Positions 27,510-36,331 of a stretch of DNA of 40,198 bases are shown in pieces. The first letter of the stretch is position 1. Each line of letters begins with the position of its first letter. The stretch is from Planctomycetota bacterium. GTDB taxonomy: Bacteria; Planctomycetota; UBA11346. The stretch lies in NCBI GenBank assembly GCA_038213805.1, contig JBBQSO010000046.1, positions 1 through 40,198 of the forward strand, written 5' to 3'. A program made the translations under genes and the position numbers. The notes below the pieces were generated by a model. The model was given only the letters and a program-made list of their open reading frames with translations. It made no database searches and was not told where the DNA came from.

Positions 27510-29789
27510 TCACTCGCGCCCGGGCCGGGTGGCGATGGCGGCCGCCTTGCGCAGCAGCGCGACGAACTCGGCGCGGTAGCCGAGCGGATCGTCGCCGCGC
27601 GCGGCGTCGGCGCGGGCGATCGCGTCGTCCCAGGCGGCGCGCGGCGCGGTCGCCTCGGCGCGCAGCAGCATGCCGGCGGCCGCGACCGCGGCGGCGAAGG
27701 CGAAGTCGCCGCTCGCGCGTCCACGCACCTGGGCATCCCCGATGGTACCGACCAGCAGCTGGCTGGTGTCGCTGTCCGGCGCCTTGTAGCGCAGCTTGAC
27801 CGCCATCAGCTCGTCGCCGTGGCTGACGTCGACCACCGCGGCAGGCGGCGGCGCCTGCTGGTAGCGCAGGCCCTCGGGCGCGCCGGTGGCGGCCTGGCGC
27901 GGCACCAGTTCGTAGAGCGCGGTCACGGTGTGGCCGGCGCCGAGGTCGCCCGCGTCCTTGCGGTCGTCGCGGAAATCAGCGGCGGCCATGACGCGCTTCT
28001 CATAGCCGATCAGACGGTAGCCGGCGATGCGCGCGGGATTGAACTCGACCTGTACCTTGACGTCCTTGGCCACCGTGGTGAGCGTGCCCGACATCTGCTC
28101 AAGGAAGACCTTGCGCGTCTCGTCGATGCCGTCGAGGTAGGCGTAGTGGCCGTTGCCGCGGTCGGCGAGCAGTTCCATGGTCGCATCCTTGAAATTGCCC
28201 TCACCGACGCCCATGACGCTGAGGAAGACGCGCGAGCGCGCCTGCTCCTGGATCAACGCGACGAGTTCCTCGCGACTGGTGACGCCAACATTGAAGTCGC
28301 CGTCGGTGCAGAGGATCACGCGATTGCTGCCGGCCGCGATGCGGCCCTGCGCCGCGAGCGCGTAGGCGCTGCGGATGCCCTCGCCGCCGTTGGTGCCGCC
28401 GGCGGCGGCAAGTCCGTCGATGGCCTGCAGGATGGCGCGGCGGTCGCTGCCCGGCGTCGGCGGCAACACGATGCGCGAGCCGTCGGCGTAGGTGACCAGG
28501 GCGACGCGATCGCGCGCATCAAGGGCGTTGGCGAGCAGGCTGAGGCCGGTCTTGATCAGCGGCAGGCGGTTGGCCGGAGCCATCGAGCCGGAAACGTCGA
28601 CCAGGAACACCAGGTTGGCGGGCGGCCGGGCCACCGCGCTGAATTCACGCGCCTTCAACCCGATGCAGGCGAGCTGGTGCTGCGGCGCCCACGGGCAGGG
28701 CACGACCTCGGCGCGGATCGCGAAGGGCGCGCCGTCCTCCGGCGGCTGGTAGTGGTACGGGAAGTAGTTGATCAGCTCTTCGATGCGCACTGCGTCGCGT
28801 GGCGGCAGGGTATTCTCCGCCAGGAAGCGGCGCAGGTTGCTGTACGACGCGGCGTCGACGTCGAGCGAGAAGGTGGAGAGGGGTTCCTGCGCGACGCCAA
28901 GGAAGGGGTTGTCGGCGCGCCGGTTGTAGGTCTCGCCGCCGGGGCCGACCGGCGGCAGGGCACCCGGGTCCTCGCCGGCGACGAGCGGCAGGCGCAGGTC
29001 GGTGGGCGGGACGCCATGACGGCCGCTGGCGACAGCCGCTGTTGCAGGGGTGCCGCCCCGATAGCCGAACATGCCGCCTTGGGCGGCGGGCGGTGCCAGC
29101 GCGCGCAGCCTACCACCGCTGGCGCGCGCCCCGCGACGCGGGTCGATGGCCGTGAATGCGCCCTGGGCGGCACCAGGGCCAGTCATCCCCTCGGCGCTCG
29201 TGGCGACGGCCTCTTCACGGCCTTTGACAGCATCCTCATCACCCGATTCGACAATGTTCGCCTCGATCTCTCCCCGCGCGATCGGCTCCACCAGATCCGT
29301 CAGCACCCCGTCAACCTGCTGACGCGGGGACTCTGGCGCGGCGGGGGCAACGCGCGCCAGCACGATGCTCGGCGCGGCGGTGGGTGACACCGGCATCCCC
29401 GAGATAGCGTCGCGCGATGGTTGCGCGGGGGCAGCCAGCGGCACGGCACCGGTGTCGGCGCCGCGCGGCGCCAGCGTCAACCCCAGCACCAGCCCCGCTG
29501 CGGCCAATCCGGCGCCCGCCGCGGCCAGGCGCGGCCAGCGCAGCGCGCGGCGCGGCGCCGCAGCGGTAGCGATGGTCGCGCGCTGGTCTGCGGATAGGCC
29601 GGGTGCGGCCACCGCTTCGTGTCGCAGCTGCCGGCGCAAGTCGAGGGCGAGCGCGCGCAGGCGCTGCACCTCGCGGCGCACCGCCGCGTCGCGGGCGATG
29701 AGCCGCTCGACGTCGGCGCGCTCCTCACCCGTGAGTTCACCCAGGATGTAGGCGGTGAGACGGGTATCGTCGGCGGGATCGGCGATCAT
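27510..29789 (-). CDS. Anti-sigma-like N-terminus, TM, and YfbK-type von Willebrand factor A protein (DUF3520 C-terminus), 759 aa
   Basis: RLTAYILGEL N-terminus; PLSTFSLDVDAASYSNLRR, AVRIEELINYF, MIDAS DVSGS, NRVILCTDGDFNVG, YRLIGYEKR, DAGDLGAGHTVTALYE; ATGA overlap with the sigma stop. Confidence 0.9.
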   Translation of the reverse strand: MIADPADDTRLTAYILGELTGEERADVERLIARDAAVRREVQRLRALALDLRRQLRHEAVAAPGLSADQRATIATAAAPRRALRWPRLAAAGAGLAAAGLVLGLTLAPRGADTGAVPLAAPAQPSRDAISGMPVSPTAAPSIVLARVAPAAPESPRQQVDGVLTDLVEPIARGEIEANIVESGDEDAVKGREEAVATSAEGMTGPGAAQGAFTAIDPRRGARASGGRLRALAPPAAQGGMFGYRGGTPATAAVASGRHGVPPTDLRLPLVAGEDPGALPPVGPGGETYNRRADNPFLGVAQEPLSTFSLDVDAASYSNLRRFLAENTLPPRDAVRIEELINYFPYHYQPPEDGAPFAIRAEVVPCPWAPQHQLACIGLKAREFSAVARPPANLVFLVDVSGSMAPANRLPLIKTGLSLLANALDARDRVALVTYADGSRIVLPPTPGSDRRAILQAIDGLAAAGGTNGGEGIRSAYALAAQGRIAAGSNRVILCTDGDFNVGVTSREELVALIQEQARSRVFLSVMGVGEGNFKDATMELLADRGNGHYAYLDGIDETRKVFLEQMSGTLTTVAKDVKVQVEFNPARIAGYRLIGYEKRVMAAADFRDDRKDAGDLGAGHTVTALYELVPRQAATGAPEGLRYQQAPPPAAVVDVSHGDELMAVKLRYKAPDSDTSQLLVGTIGDAQVRGRASGDFAFAAAVAAAGMLLRAEATAPRAAWDDAIARADAARGDDPLGYRAEFVALLRKAAAIATRPGRE

Positions 29790-30322
29790 GGCTGCGCTCC
29801 GGGAGTGACGAGATCGTGGCTGGCCGCGTCCGCGGCAAGGTGTGCGCGCAACGCGCGCAGGCCGACGTGGATGAGGTAGCCGACATTGCCGACCGAGAGG
29901 CCGGTGAGCGCGCTGATCTGCTGGTAGCTCAACCCCTGCTGGAATTTCAGGCGGATACACTCCTGCTGGTTGGGCGTCAGCGTGGCGAGGGCGCCGAGCA
30001 GATCGCTGGCGGCTTCCTGACGCTCGAGCCCGGCCGCCGGCGAGTGCGGCGGCGCGGCGGGTTCGTCGAGCTCGGTCGGGGCTGGGACGTGCATGGGTCG
30101 TTCCTTGCGCAGGCGATCGATCGCCAGGTTGCGGCAGACGGTGAACAGCCACGCGACGAGGCGCGGCTCAAGCTGATCCCGATCTTCGCGGCACAGGCGC
30201 AGGAAGGTGTCCTGCACCACGTCGCGCGCATCGTGCGCCTGGCCGAGGATGCGTTGGACGTACTGGATGAGCGGCAGCTCCCAGCGCGCGACGACGGTTT
30301 CGATCCAGGCGGTATCGGGCAT
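29786..30322 (-). CDS. ECF sigma-70 factor, 178 aa
   Basis: ARDVVQDTFLRL, AWLFTVCRNLAID, LTPNQQECIRLKFQQGLSYQQIS...NVGYLIH. Confidence 0.93.
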   Translation of the reverse strand: MPDTAWIETVVARWELPLIQYVQRILGQAHDARDVVQDTFLRLCREDRDQLEPRLVAWLFTVCRNLAIDRLRKERPMHVPAPTELDEPAAPPHSPAAGLERQEAASDLLGALATLTPNQQECIRLKFQQGLSYQQISALTGLSVGNVGYLIHVGLRALRAHLAADAASHDLVTPGAQP

Positions 30323-30333
30323 GCGGTTCTTCC

Positions 30334-30359
30334 TCTGACACGGGCGACAAGGCAGTTTC
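30334..30359 (-). promoter_or_regulatory. Candidate autoregulatory ECF promoter
   Basis: Minus strand GAAAC-N15-GTCAGA just upstream of the ECF ATG; resembles generic AAC...GTC ECF promoters. Confidence 0.3.
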
Positions 30360-30709
30360 TTAGGGTGCAGCCGCTGACGCATCCGGCCGCGTATGCGCTG
30401 CGCATCCCCAGCACCTTCGCGGCGGCCAGACCCGTTGGGACGCCTGACAGCGGCCACCGGTAAACTCGCGGCGCTCCCAGAGGTTCAGCGGCCATCCCAG
30501 CGCATGTCTATTCCCCGCGGGAATGTCGCGCAGCTCGCACCGGGAACCGGTGAACCGCCAGGCACTCTCTCCGTTACCACCCACCCGTCCAAGTTCTGGA
30601 CCGCGCGCCAACGGCGCGCGGTCCAGGATTTCCCGTCGGCACGTCTCGGTCGCCAGTCGCGAGGTGCACGTCTCGAAACTCGAAACGCGTATTTTTTACT
30701 CGCGCATGC

Positions 30710-31306
30710 TCAGTGGCCGCCACCAGCGCGCGCCCGCCGCGCCACCACTACCGGATCCAGGCGCGGCGTGGCGCCGGTGACGCGCGCGATCAGCCACTCC
30801 GCGGCGCGCCAGACGTGCACGCGCTCCAGCATGGGATTGAGCCACGGCGTCACCGTGCAGTAGTGGGTGTTGCGGTCGCCGCCGTGGTGACGGCCGTGGT
30901 GGGCGCGGTCCTGGACGAGTCCGCAGTCCTGGAGCAGCGAGATCAGCCGACCATTCTCGGCGCGCGTGCGGTGCGACCACCGGTGCACCTCGTTGGCGTT
31001 CGCCGCCACTCCGAGAACCACCGCCAGCTCCCAGGTGAACCAGCCGAGCAGGGCCGCGCCACCGACCGCCAGCGCGGCCACGATCACCTGGTAGTCGGCG
31101 CTCCGCCACCAGGAGTTGACCAGGAAGGCGCGCGGCTCGGCATGGTGGAGCAGGTTGGGCGCAATCACCGTCGAGCCGACCAGCGGCCAATCGACCTGGC
31201 CATAGCTGTCCTCTAGCCAGTGGACCCCGCCTGCCAGGAGATCGGCGAGCAGCAGGCAGAGCAGGACGCGGGCAGCGAGGCGCAGGATGACGAGCAGGAC
31301 GATCAT
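30710..31306 (-). CDS. CarF/TMEM189 (Kua, FAD4-like) family lipid desaturase, 198 aa
   Basis: His boxes GVHWLEDSYG, NLLHHAEP, NEVHRWSH, LQDCGLVQDRAHHGRHH, HYCTVTPWLNPMLE; TM helices; AGGAG RBS. Confidence 0.88.
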   Translation of the reverse strand: MIVLLVILRLAARVLLCLLLADLLAGGVHWLEDSYGQVDWPLVGSTVIAPNLLHHAEPRAFLVNSWWRSADYQVIVAALAVGGAALLGWFTWELAVVLGVAANANEVHRWSHRTRAENGRLISLLQDCGLVQDRAHHGRHHGGDRNTHYCTVTPWLNPMLERVHVWRAAEWLIARVTGATPRLDPVVVARRARAGGGH

Positions 31307-31323
31307 GGTGGGCTCCTGCCTTT

Positions 31324-31352
31324 TATTATCATTCGTTAACTAATTGCGTCAA
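31324..31352 (-). promoter_or_regulatory. Sigma-70-type promoter of the desaturase gene with a possible overlapping operator
   Basis: Minus strand TTGACG-N16-GATAAT in a sharply AT-rich patch, 18 nt before the ATG. Confidence 0.6.
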
Positions 31353-31691
31353 GTGGGCGGTCAGCGGGGAACCCGGGCAGCGTCTGCCGGATGGGCCCTG
31401 GTCTGCGCCCCACAGGCACAGGCATTCGGGTGTAACGTTTTAAACGATAGAGAGGTACAACCTACGACGCCAATTCTGTCACAGCGGCTTCCAGAACATT
31501 GCCTCCGAATTCGTCCAACCACTCGCGGTTACCTAGTCTCCTCGCTCCAGGCTTCTCCGACGCCCTCGCTCCCTCGCATCCTGCATCCCGACCCTCCGCT
31601 ATTCGCCTCTCACACCTCGTGCCTCGCGCGTCCCCATCTGCCCCCCTCCTCCTGGCGCCCCTGCACTTGGGGGTATCCTCCCTCGACCACG

Positions 31692-33944
31692 ATGCGATCC
31701 CCCACCCCTCTGCTCATTCTCGCCCTCGCCGGGCTGGGCGCATCGCTGAGCGCGGTCGAAATCGACCTGCGCGCGCCGCTCACCACGCTGGTGCCGCAGC
31801 GGCAACCGTTGGCCGCTGACCAGACGGCGATCGAGGCGGAGGTCACGGTGCCGGCGGACGCCCCGCCCGATCTCGGCGTCGGCGCCTACGTCAACGATCA
31901 ACATGGGCGCTGGTTCCAGATCGCGCAGCCCGGCGTCCTTGGTCCGGGTCAGCACACCCTGCGCATCGCGATCGGCGCCGCGGCGGAGCTGCGCGGCGAA
32001 CCGTGGCCAGCCGGGTGGTCGCCGGCCAGCGCCGCGACCATGCGCCGCGGCGGGCTGTACTTCTGGTCGGCGAGCGGCAGCCGCGCGCACCTGGTCGTCA
32101 CCGGCGCGGCGTTCGCGCCGGGCACCACGCCGGCGCGCGCTGCGACGTCGACGGCGAGCACTGCACCGGCTGCGCCGCCGCCCGGGCGCATCCTCGACCT
32201 GCGCCTCGACGGCCAGGGCGAAGGCGGCTGCGCGGCGACCACCGGCGTGCGCTGGTCGCTGGGCCTGCGCCCTGCGCCGTTCCCCGCGAACCCCGACGAT
32301 CCTGCGCAGTTCCATGTGGACCTGCTGGTGACCGCGCCGGACGGCAAGGAGGCGCGCGTGCCGGGCTTCTGGTACGAGCCGGTGCGCCTCAGCGACCGCG
32401 GCGATCGCGAATTGGCGGCGATCGCCGGGCCGGGCGAATTCCGCGTCCGTTTCCGCCCGCGCCAGCCCGGCACCCACCGACTGGTGCTGGTCGCGCAGTG
32501 GGCGGGCGGGAATGAGCAGCGCACCGCGCTGCCGCCGCTGATCGTCGGCGGGCCGCCGTGGGATGGCTACGTGCGCACGGATGCCAAGGACCCGCGCTTC
32601 TGGTCGGTCGACGGCGCGTGGTGGTGGGCGCTCGGGCCCAATCTGCGTTCGGTCAACGACACGCGCGGCCGCGAGCGTCTGCATACGCGCCTGACGCCCG
32701 ATCGCGGCACCGCCGCCTACGACGCCTACCTGACGCGCCTGGCGGCGAACGGAGTCACCGCGGTCGAGATCTGGATGAGTTCGTGGAACCTGGCGCTGGA
32801 GTGGCGCGCCGACTGGCAGGGCTTCTACGGGCTGGGCCGCTACAACCAGGGCAACGCCGCGCGCCTCGACCGCATCCTCGACCGCTGCTCGGAACTCGGC
32901 ATCCGCGTTAATCTGGTGATCAACAACCACGGCCAGGCGACGGTGAACAACGATCCGGAATGGGCGGACAATCCCGTCAACCGCACCCAGGGCGGACCGC
33001 TGGTCGAGCCCTGGCAGGTGTTCACCGATCCCGCCGCACTTGCCGCGCAGGAGCGCCTGCGCCGCTACGTGGTGGCGCGCTATGCCGACCACCCGGCGAT
33101 CCTCGGCTGGAAACTGTGGTCGGAGGTCAACCTCACCGCCGGCCGGCCCGGCGCGCTGCGCGACTGGCACGCGCAGGCGGTAAGCCGCTGGCACGAGCTC
33201 GACACCTACCACCACGGCGTGACCACACATTGGAGCGGCGACTACCACGTGCCCGACCGCGTGATCCTGGCGCAGGCCGGGCTCGACTACCTGTGCATCG
33301 ACGCCTATCACGGCGAGGACCGCCTGCTCGCCGACCTCATCCAGGCCAGCGTGCTCGATCCCTACCGCGGCCTCGGCCAGTATGGCAAGCCGGTGCTGAC
33401 CACGGAATTCGGCGGCAACTGGGACGCCTGTCCCGCGGAGCAGCTCGTCGCCGAGCACGCCAGCGCGCCGTGGGCGGGCCTGGTCAGCGGCCAGGCGGGC
33501 AGCCCGATGATCTGGTGGTTCGAATGGCTCGACCAGCGCGACGCGTTCGCGCCCTACCGTGCGGTCAGCTCGTTCATCCGCGGCGAGGATCCGCGCGGCG
33601 ACGGGCGCAGCATCGCCCTCGCCGCGACCAGCGCTGGCGGCGCGCTGTGGGCCCGCGGCTGGGTGCGGCCGGGCCGCCTGCTCGGCTACGTGCTCGACTC
33701 GGCCTGGGGCGCCAACGGCCTGGGCGAGGCGAACCATCCCGCCGCCGAGGTGGTGGTGGGCGGCGCGATCTCGCCAGGGAGCATCACCGTCGAATGGTGG
33801 GACGCGGGCCGCGGCGGTCTGCTCAGCAGCCAGCGCATCGACCATCCCGGCGGCGATCTCCACCTGCATCCGCCGGTCTTCGCCCGGCACATCGCCTTCA
33901 AGATGCTGCGCGTGGCAGCCGCGGGCGCGGCGAGCGTGAAGTAG
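31692..33944 (+). CDS. Secreted glycoside hydrolase, clan GH-A (GH5-like with DUF5060-like Ig domain), 750 aa
   Basis: Signal peptide MRSPTPLLILALAGLGASLSA; VPGFW...FRVRFRPRQPG; RYVVARYADHPAILGWKLWSEV (acid/base region); KPVLTTEFG (nucleophile region). Confidence 0.8.
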   Translation: MRSPTPLLILALAGLGASLSAVEIDLRAPLTTLVPQRQPLAADQTAIEAEVTVPADAPPDLGVGAYVNDQHGRWFQIAQPGVLGPGQHTLRIAIGAAAELRGEPWPAGWSPASAATMRRGGLYFWSASGSRAHLVVTGAAFAPGTTPARAATSTASTAPAAPPPGRILDLRLDGQGEGGCAATTGVRWSLGLRPAPFPANPDDPAQFHVDLLVTAPDGKEARVPGFWYEPVRLSDRGDRELAAIAGPGEFRVRFRPRQPGTHRLVLVAQWAGGNEQRTALPPLIVGGPPWDGYVRTDAKDPRFWSVDGAWWWALGPNLRSVNDTRGRERLHTRLTPDRGTAAYDAYLTRLAANGVTAVEIWMSSWNLALEWRADWQGFYGLGRYNQGNAARLDRILDRCSELGIRVNLVINNHGQATVNNDPEWADNPVNRTQGGPLVEPWQVFTDPAALAAQERLRRYVVARYADHPAILGWKLWSEVNLTAGRPGALRDWHAQAVSRWHELDTYHHGVTTHWSGDYHVPDRVILAQAGLDYLCIDAYHGEDRLLADLIQASVLDPYRGLGQYGKPVLTTEFGGNWDACPAEQLVAEHASAPWAGLVSGQAGSPMIWWFEWLDQRDAFAPYRAVSSFIRGEDPRGDGRSIALAATSAGGALWARGWVRPGRLLGYVLDSAWGANGLGEANHPAAEVVVGGAISPGSITVEWWDAGRGGLLSSQRIDHPGGDLHLHPPVFARHIAFKMLRVAAAGAASVK

Positions 33945-33975
33945 CCGAAGATCCGCGTTCCGGCCTGCCCTGAAA

Positions 33976-35307
33976 TCACTCCGGCCCGGACCAGGGCGTG
34001 AGGATGCTCATCGCGCAGGTCGGTGCATGGGGATTGGTTGCGGTCTCGAGGTCGAGTCCGGGCAGGTGCGCGAAAGATACGGCGGTGGACTCGTCGAGGG
34101 CGAAGGCGATCCAGCCCGACGGCGCGGATGGCAGGACGGTGGCGCCGACGAGTCCGACGTGGCGCCAGTGACCGGCCGTGGCGAGGACCGCCCAGCCGCA
34201 GGCGGCGAGGGTCGCGAACGGCCAGGACCAGGCGCCGGCGGCCGGCTGGTAGGCGCTCGGGAACAGGCCGAGCCAGGTGATCAGCCCGGCCAGGCCATCG
34301 GCCTCGATGAGCAGCCCGCCGCGGACGCGCGCGAGGTGCAGCGGCGGCAGGCGCGCAGGAGCGGGCATGGCGATGGTCGCCACCTGCGCCGCACCATCCG
34401 GGACTGCCGCGAGCGGTGCCAGCGCGCTCAGGGTATCGAGCAGGCCCCGCACCAACGCCGCACCTGGGGCGGTCACACCGGTCAGCGCCAGCCAGCCGGT
34501 GAGCGCGGCGAGCGGATCGCGCGCCAAGGCGCGGCGCAGTCCGGCGGGGCTGGCGAGCGCGGCGAGCGCGACGTGTTCCGGGTGCACGCGGCTGGTGCGT
34601 AGCCAGTCCGCACTGGAGGGCAGCAGCGCGGGCGTCCACGGCAGCAGTGCGGGGCGCGCACCGATCGCGAGCAGCGGTGCGCGCGCCAGTGCCCTGCGCA
34701 CCGCCGCCACCAGGGCGCGCAGGCGCGGCGCCTGCGCCGGCAGGCCCGATGCGGGCAGCGACCCGACCAGCGCCGGATGGCAGACGAAGCCGCGCGCAGG
34801 CGCGCCGCCGCCCGCCCAGGCGAGCCAGCGCCTCCAGACTTCATTGGCACCGGCGGGTGCGGCGAGCAGATCGGCGAGCGGCGGTTCGGTGGCGAAGCCC
34901 GGAGCGCAGCCCCAGGCGTTCAGCTCGAGATGATACGTGAGCTCGCGGAAGGCCGGGTCGGCGATCCAGAGCAGGCCGTCTTGCAGGCCGAACAGGGTGC
35001 CGTCACCGGTCGCGGCGCGGTGAGCGAGCAGATCGCCGATGGCGTCCATGGTATCGCCGACACCGTCGGCGCGGATGCGCGCGCGCAGACCGGGGCAACG
35101 GTCGCATTCATTGCGCAGGCCCTCGTCCGCCCACAGCGCGCGGGCCGCCTCGGCCCACGCGGCGCGGTCGCCCGCCTGCACGGCGGCGAGGCGCGCGAGA
35201 TGCGCGGCGGTGCGCGCGCCCGGCAGCGCCGCGGCGATCAGGATGCGCTCAACCAGGGCTGCGGTTTCGCGCGCGGACAGCGCGGCCACGTCCGCCGGCG
35301 CGATCAC
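33976..35307 (-). CDS. Hypothetical protein, ~443 aa, possibly with TraI_2_C-like segments
   Basis: GTG at 35307 after GGAG; long open frame in operon orientation; start uncertain. Confidence 0.6.
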   Translation of the reverse strand: MIAPADVAALSARETAALVERILIAAALPGARTAAHLARLAAVQAGDRAAWAEAARALWADEGLRNECDRCPGLRARIRADGVGDTMDAIGDLLAHRAATGDGTLFGLQDGLLWIADPAFRELTYHLELNAWGCAPGFATEPPLADLLAAPAGANEVWRRWLAWAGGGAPARGFVCHPALVGSLPASGLPAQAPRLRALVAAVRRALARAPLLAIGARPALLPWTPALLPSSADWLRTSRVHPEHVALAALASPAGLRRALARDPLAALTGWLALTGVTAPGAALVRGLLDTLSALAPLAAVPDGAAQVATIAMPAPARLPPLHLARVRGGLLIEADGLAGLITWLGLFPSAYQPAAGAWSWPFATLAACGWAVLATAGHWRHVGLVGATVLPSAPSGWIAFALDESTAVSFAHLPGLDLETATNPHAPTCAMSILTPWSGPE

Positions 35308-35359
35308 GACGCAACTCCACCGGCGTGCGCGCCAGCGCCGCGATCCCCCGGCGCGGTGT

Positions 35360-36331
35360 TCAGCCGCATGCCGGCACCGCACCCCCGTCGAGCGGGTGGG
35401 CGCGCAGCTGCCGACCGGCGGCGCCGGGCAGGCGGTGCAGGACGGTGCCTGTGCCGCTCAGCACCGCGCCGCCGCAGCGCCGCACGAGCGCGGACTCGAC
35501 TGCGGTGAGCAGCGGCGGCGGCGCTCCCGGGCACGCGCAGCCGAGATCCTCAAGCACCAGCGCCAGCCAGCCGGGCAGCAGCACCACGCCGTCGGCGAAG
35601 GTGGCAAGCTGCACGCCGCGACCGAGGGTACCGTCCCACGGGCGGCGCTGGGCGCGCAGGCGCGTCGCCTGGCGCTGGGCGAGCGCCGCGAGCGGTGGCA
35701 CCAGCGCCCCCAGATCGCCGCCCGCGAGCAGCGCGCGCATGCCCTGCAGTCCGTCGAGCGCGCACCTGGCCGCAAGATCCGGTTCAAGAGCACAGGGCGG
35801 GGGATTGGCGAACCAGGCCTCCGGAAATTCGGGGCCGGCGACGATCAGCGGTGCGATCACGGTGATCTGGACCAGCAGGCGCTGACGCAAGGTCTCGCCG
35901 AGCACCAGCGGCCGCACCAGCACCTGCTCGACCGGCACCGGCCAACGCGACGATATGATCCAGCGGCGGGTGCCGCCGGGCAGCGCGGCCCCGGCGCGAC
36001 GCTCGGCCTCGCCGGCCAGCCATGCCGGCACCCACCAGCCATCGACCGCACCAGGATGAACCGCGCCGGCGGCGAGGCCCTGCCCGAGCATCGCACCGAG
36101 CAGGTCGCCGGCGCCGCTGCAGCCGCACACCGCGGCGAGCTCGCGCGCCGGCGCGGTCGGCAGAGCGAGGTTCCACGGCAGGGCGAGGATCTCGCGCGCC
36201 GAGCGCGCCAACGCGCCGACCAGCCGGTCGGGCGCCCGCGCGACGATGCCGGCGAGCTCTTCGGCGAGTTCGGCTTCGCGCATGGTGCCGGCGAGGCGCT
36301 CGAGATCGGCGATCAGGGTGACGGCGTCCAT
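35360..36331 (-). CDS. Hypothetical protein, 323 aa
   Basis: ATG at 36331 with GGAGGT RBS; overlaps the upstream gene by 19 nt. Confidence 0.65.
   Translation of the reverse strand: MDAVTLIADLERLAGTMREAELAEELAGIVARAPDRLVGALARSAREILALPWNLALPTAPARELAAVCGCSGAGDLLGAMLGQGLAAGAVHPGAVDGWWVPAWLAGEAERRAGAALPGGTRRWIISSRWPVPVEQVLVRPLVLGETLRQRLLVQITVIAPLIVAGPEFPEAWFANPPPCALEPDLAARCALDGLQGMRALLAGGDLGALVPPLAALAQRQATRLRAQRRPWDGTLGRGVQLATFADGVVLLPGWLALVLEDLGCACPGAPPPLLTAVESALVRRCGGAVLSGTGTVLHRLPGAAGRQLRAHPLDGGAVPACG

Noticed and set aside
3971..29387. Many long antisense or alternative-frame ORFs (e.g. 3971..6679, 6700..9123, 9548..11917, 14698..16608, 20048..22249, 24323..26341, 27120..29387)
   Set aside because: Shadow ORFs expected at this GC content; they lie opposite genes with clear family motifs and have none of their own.
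30323..30709. Small gene or ncRNA in the 390-bp gap before the ECF gene (likewise 31353-31691)
   Set aside because: No RBS-linked ORF with host-like codon pattern and no riboswitch or tRNA motif recognisable by eye; an Rfam/Infernal scan would be needed.
35304..35534. Small ORF or frameshifted tail whose TGA overlaps the GTG at 35307
   Set aside because: Arg/Ala low-complexity product overlapping the 35360-36331 gene; a frameshift cannot be supported without reads or homologs.
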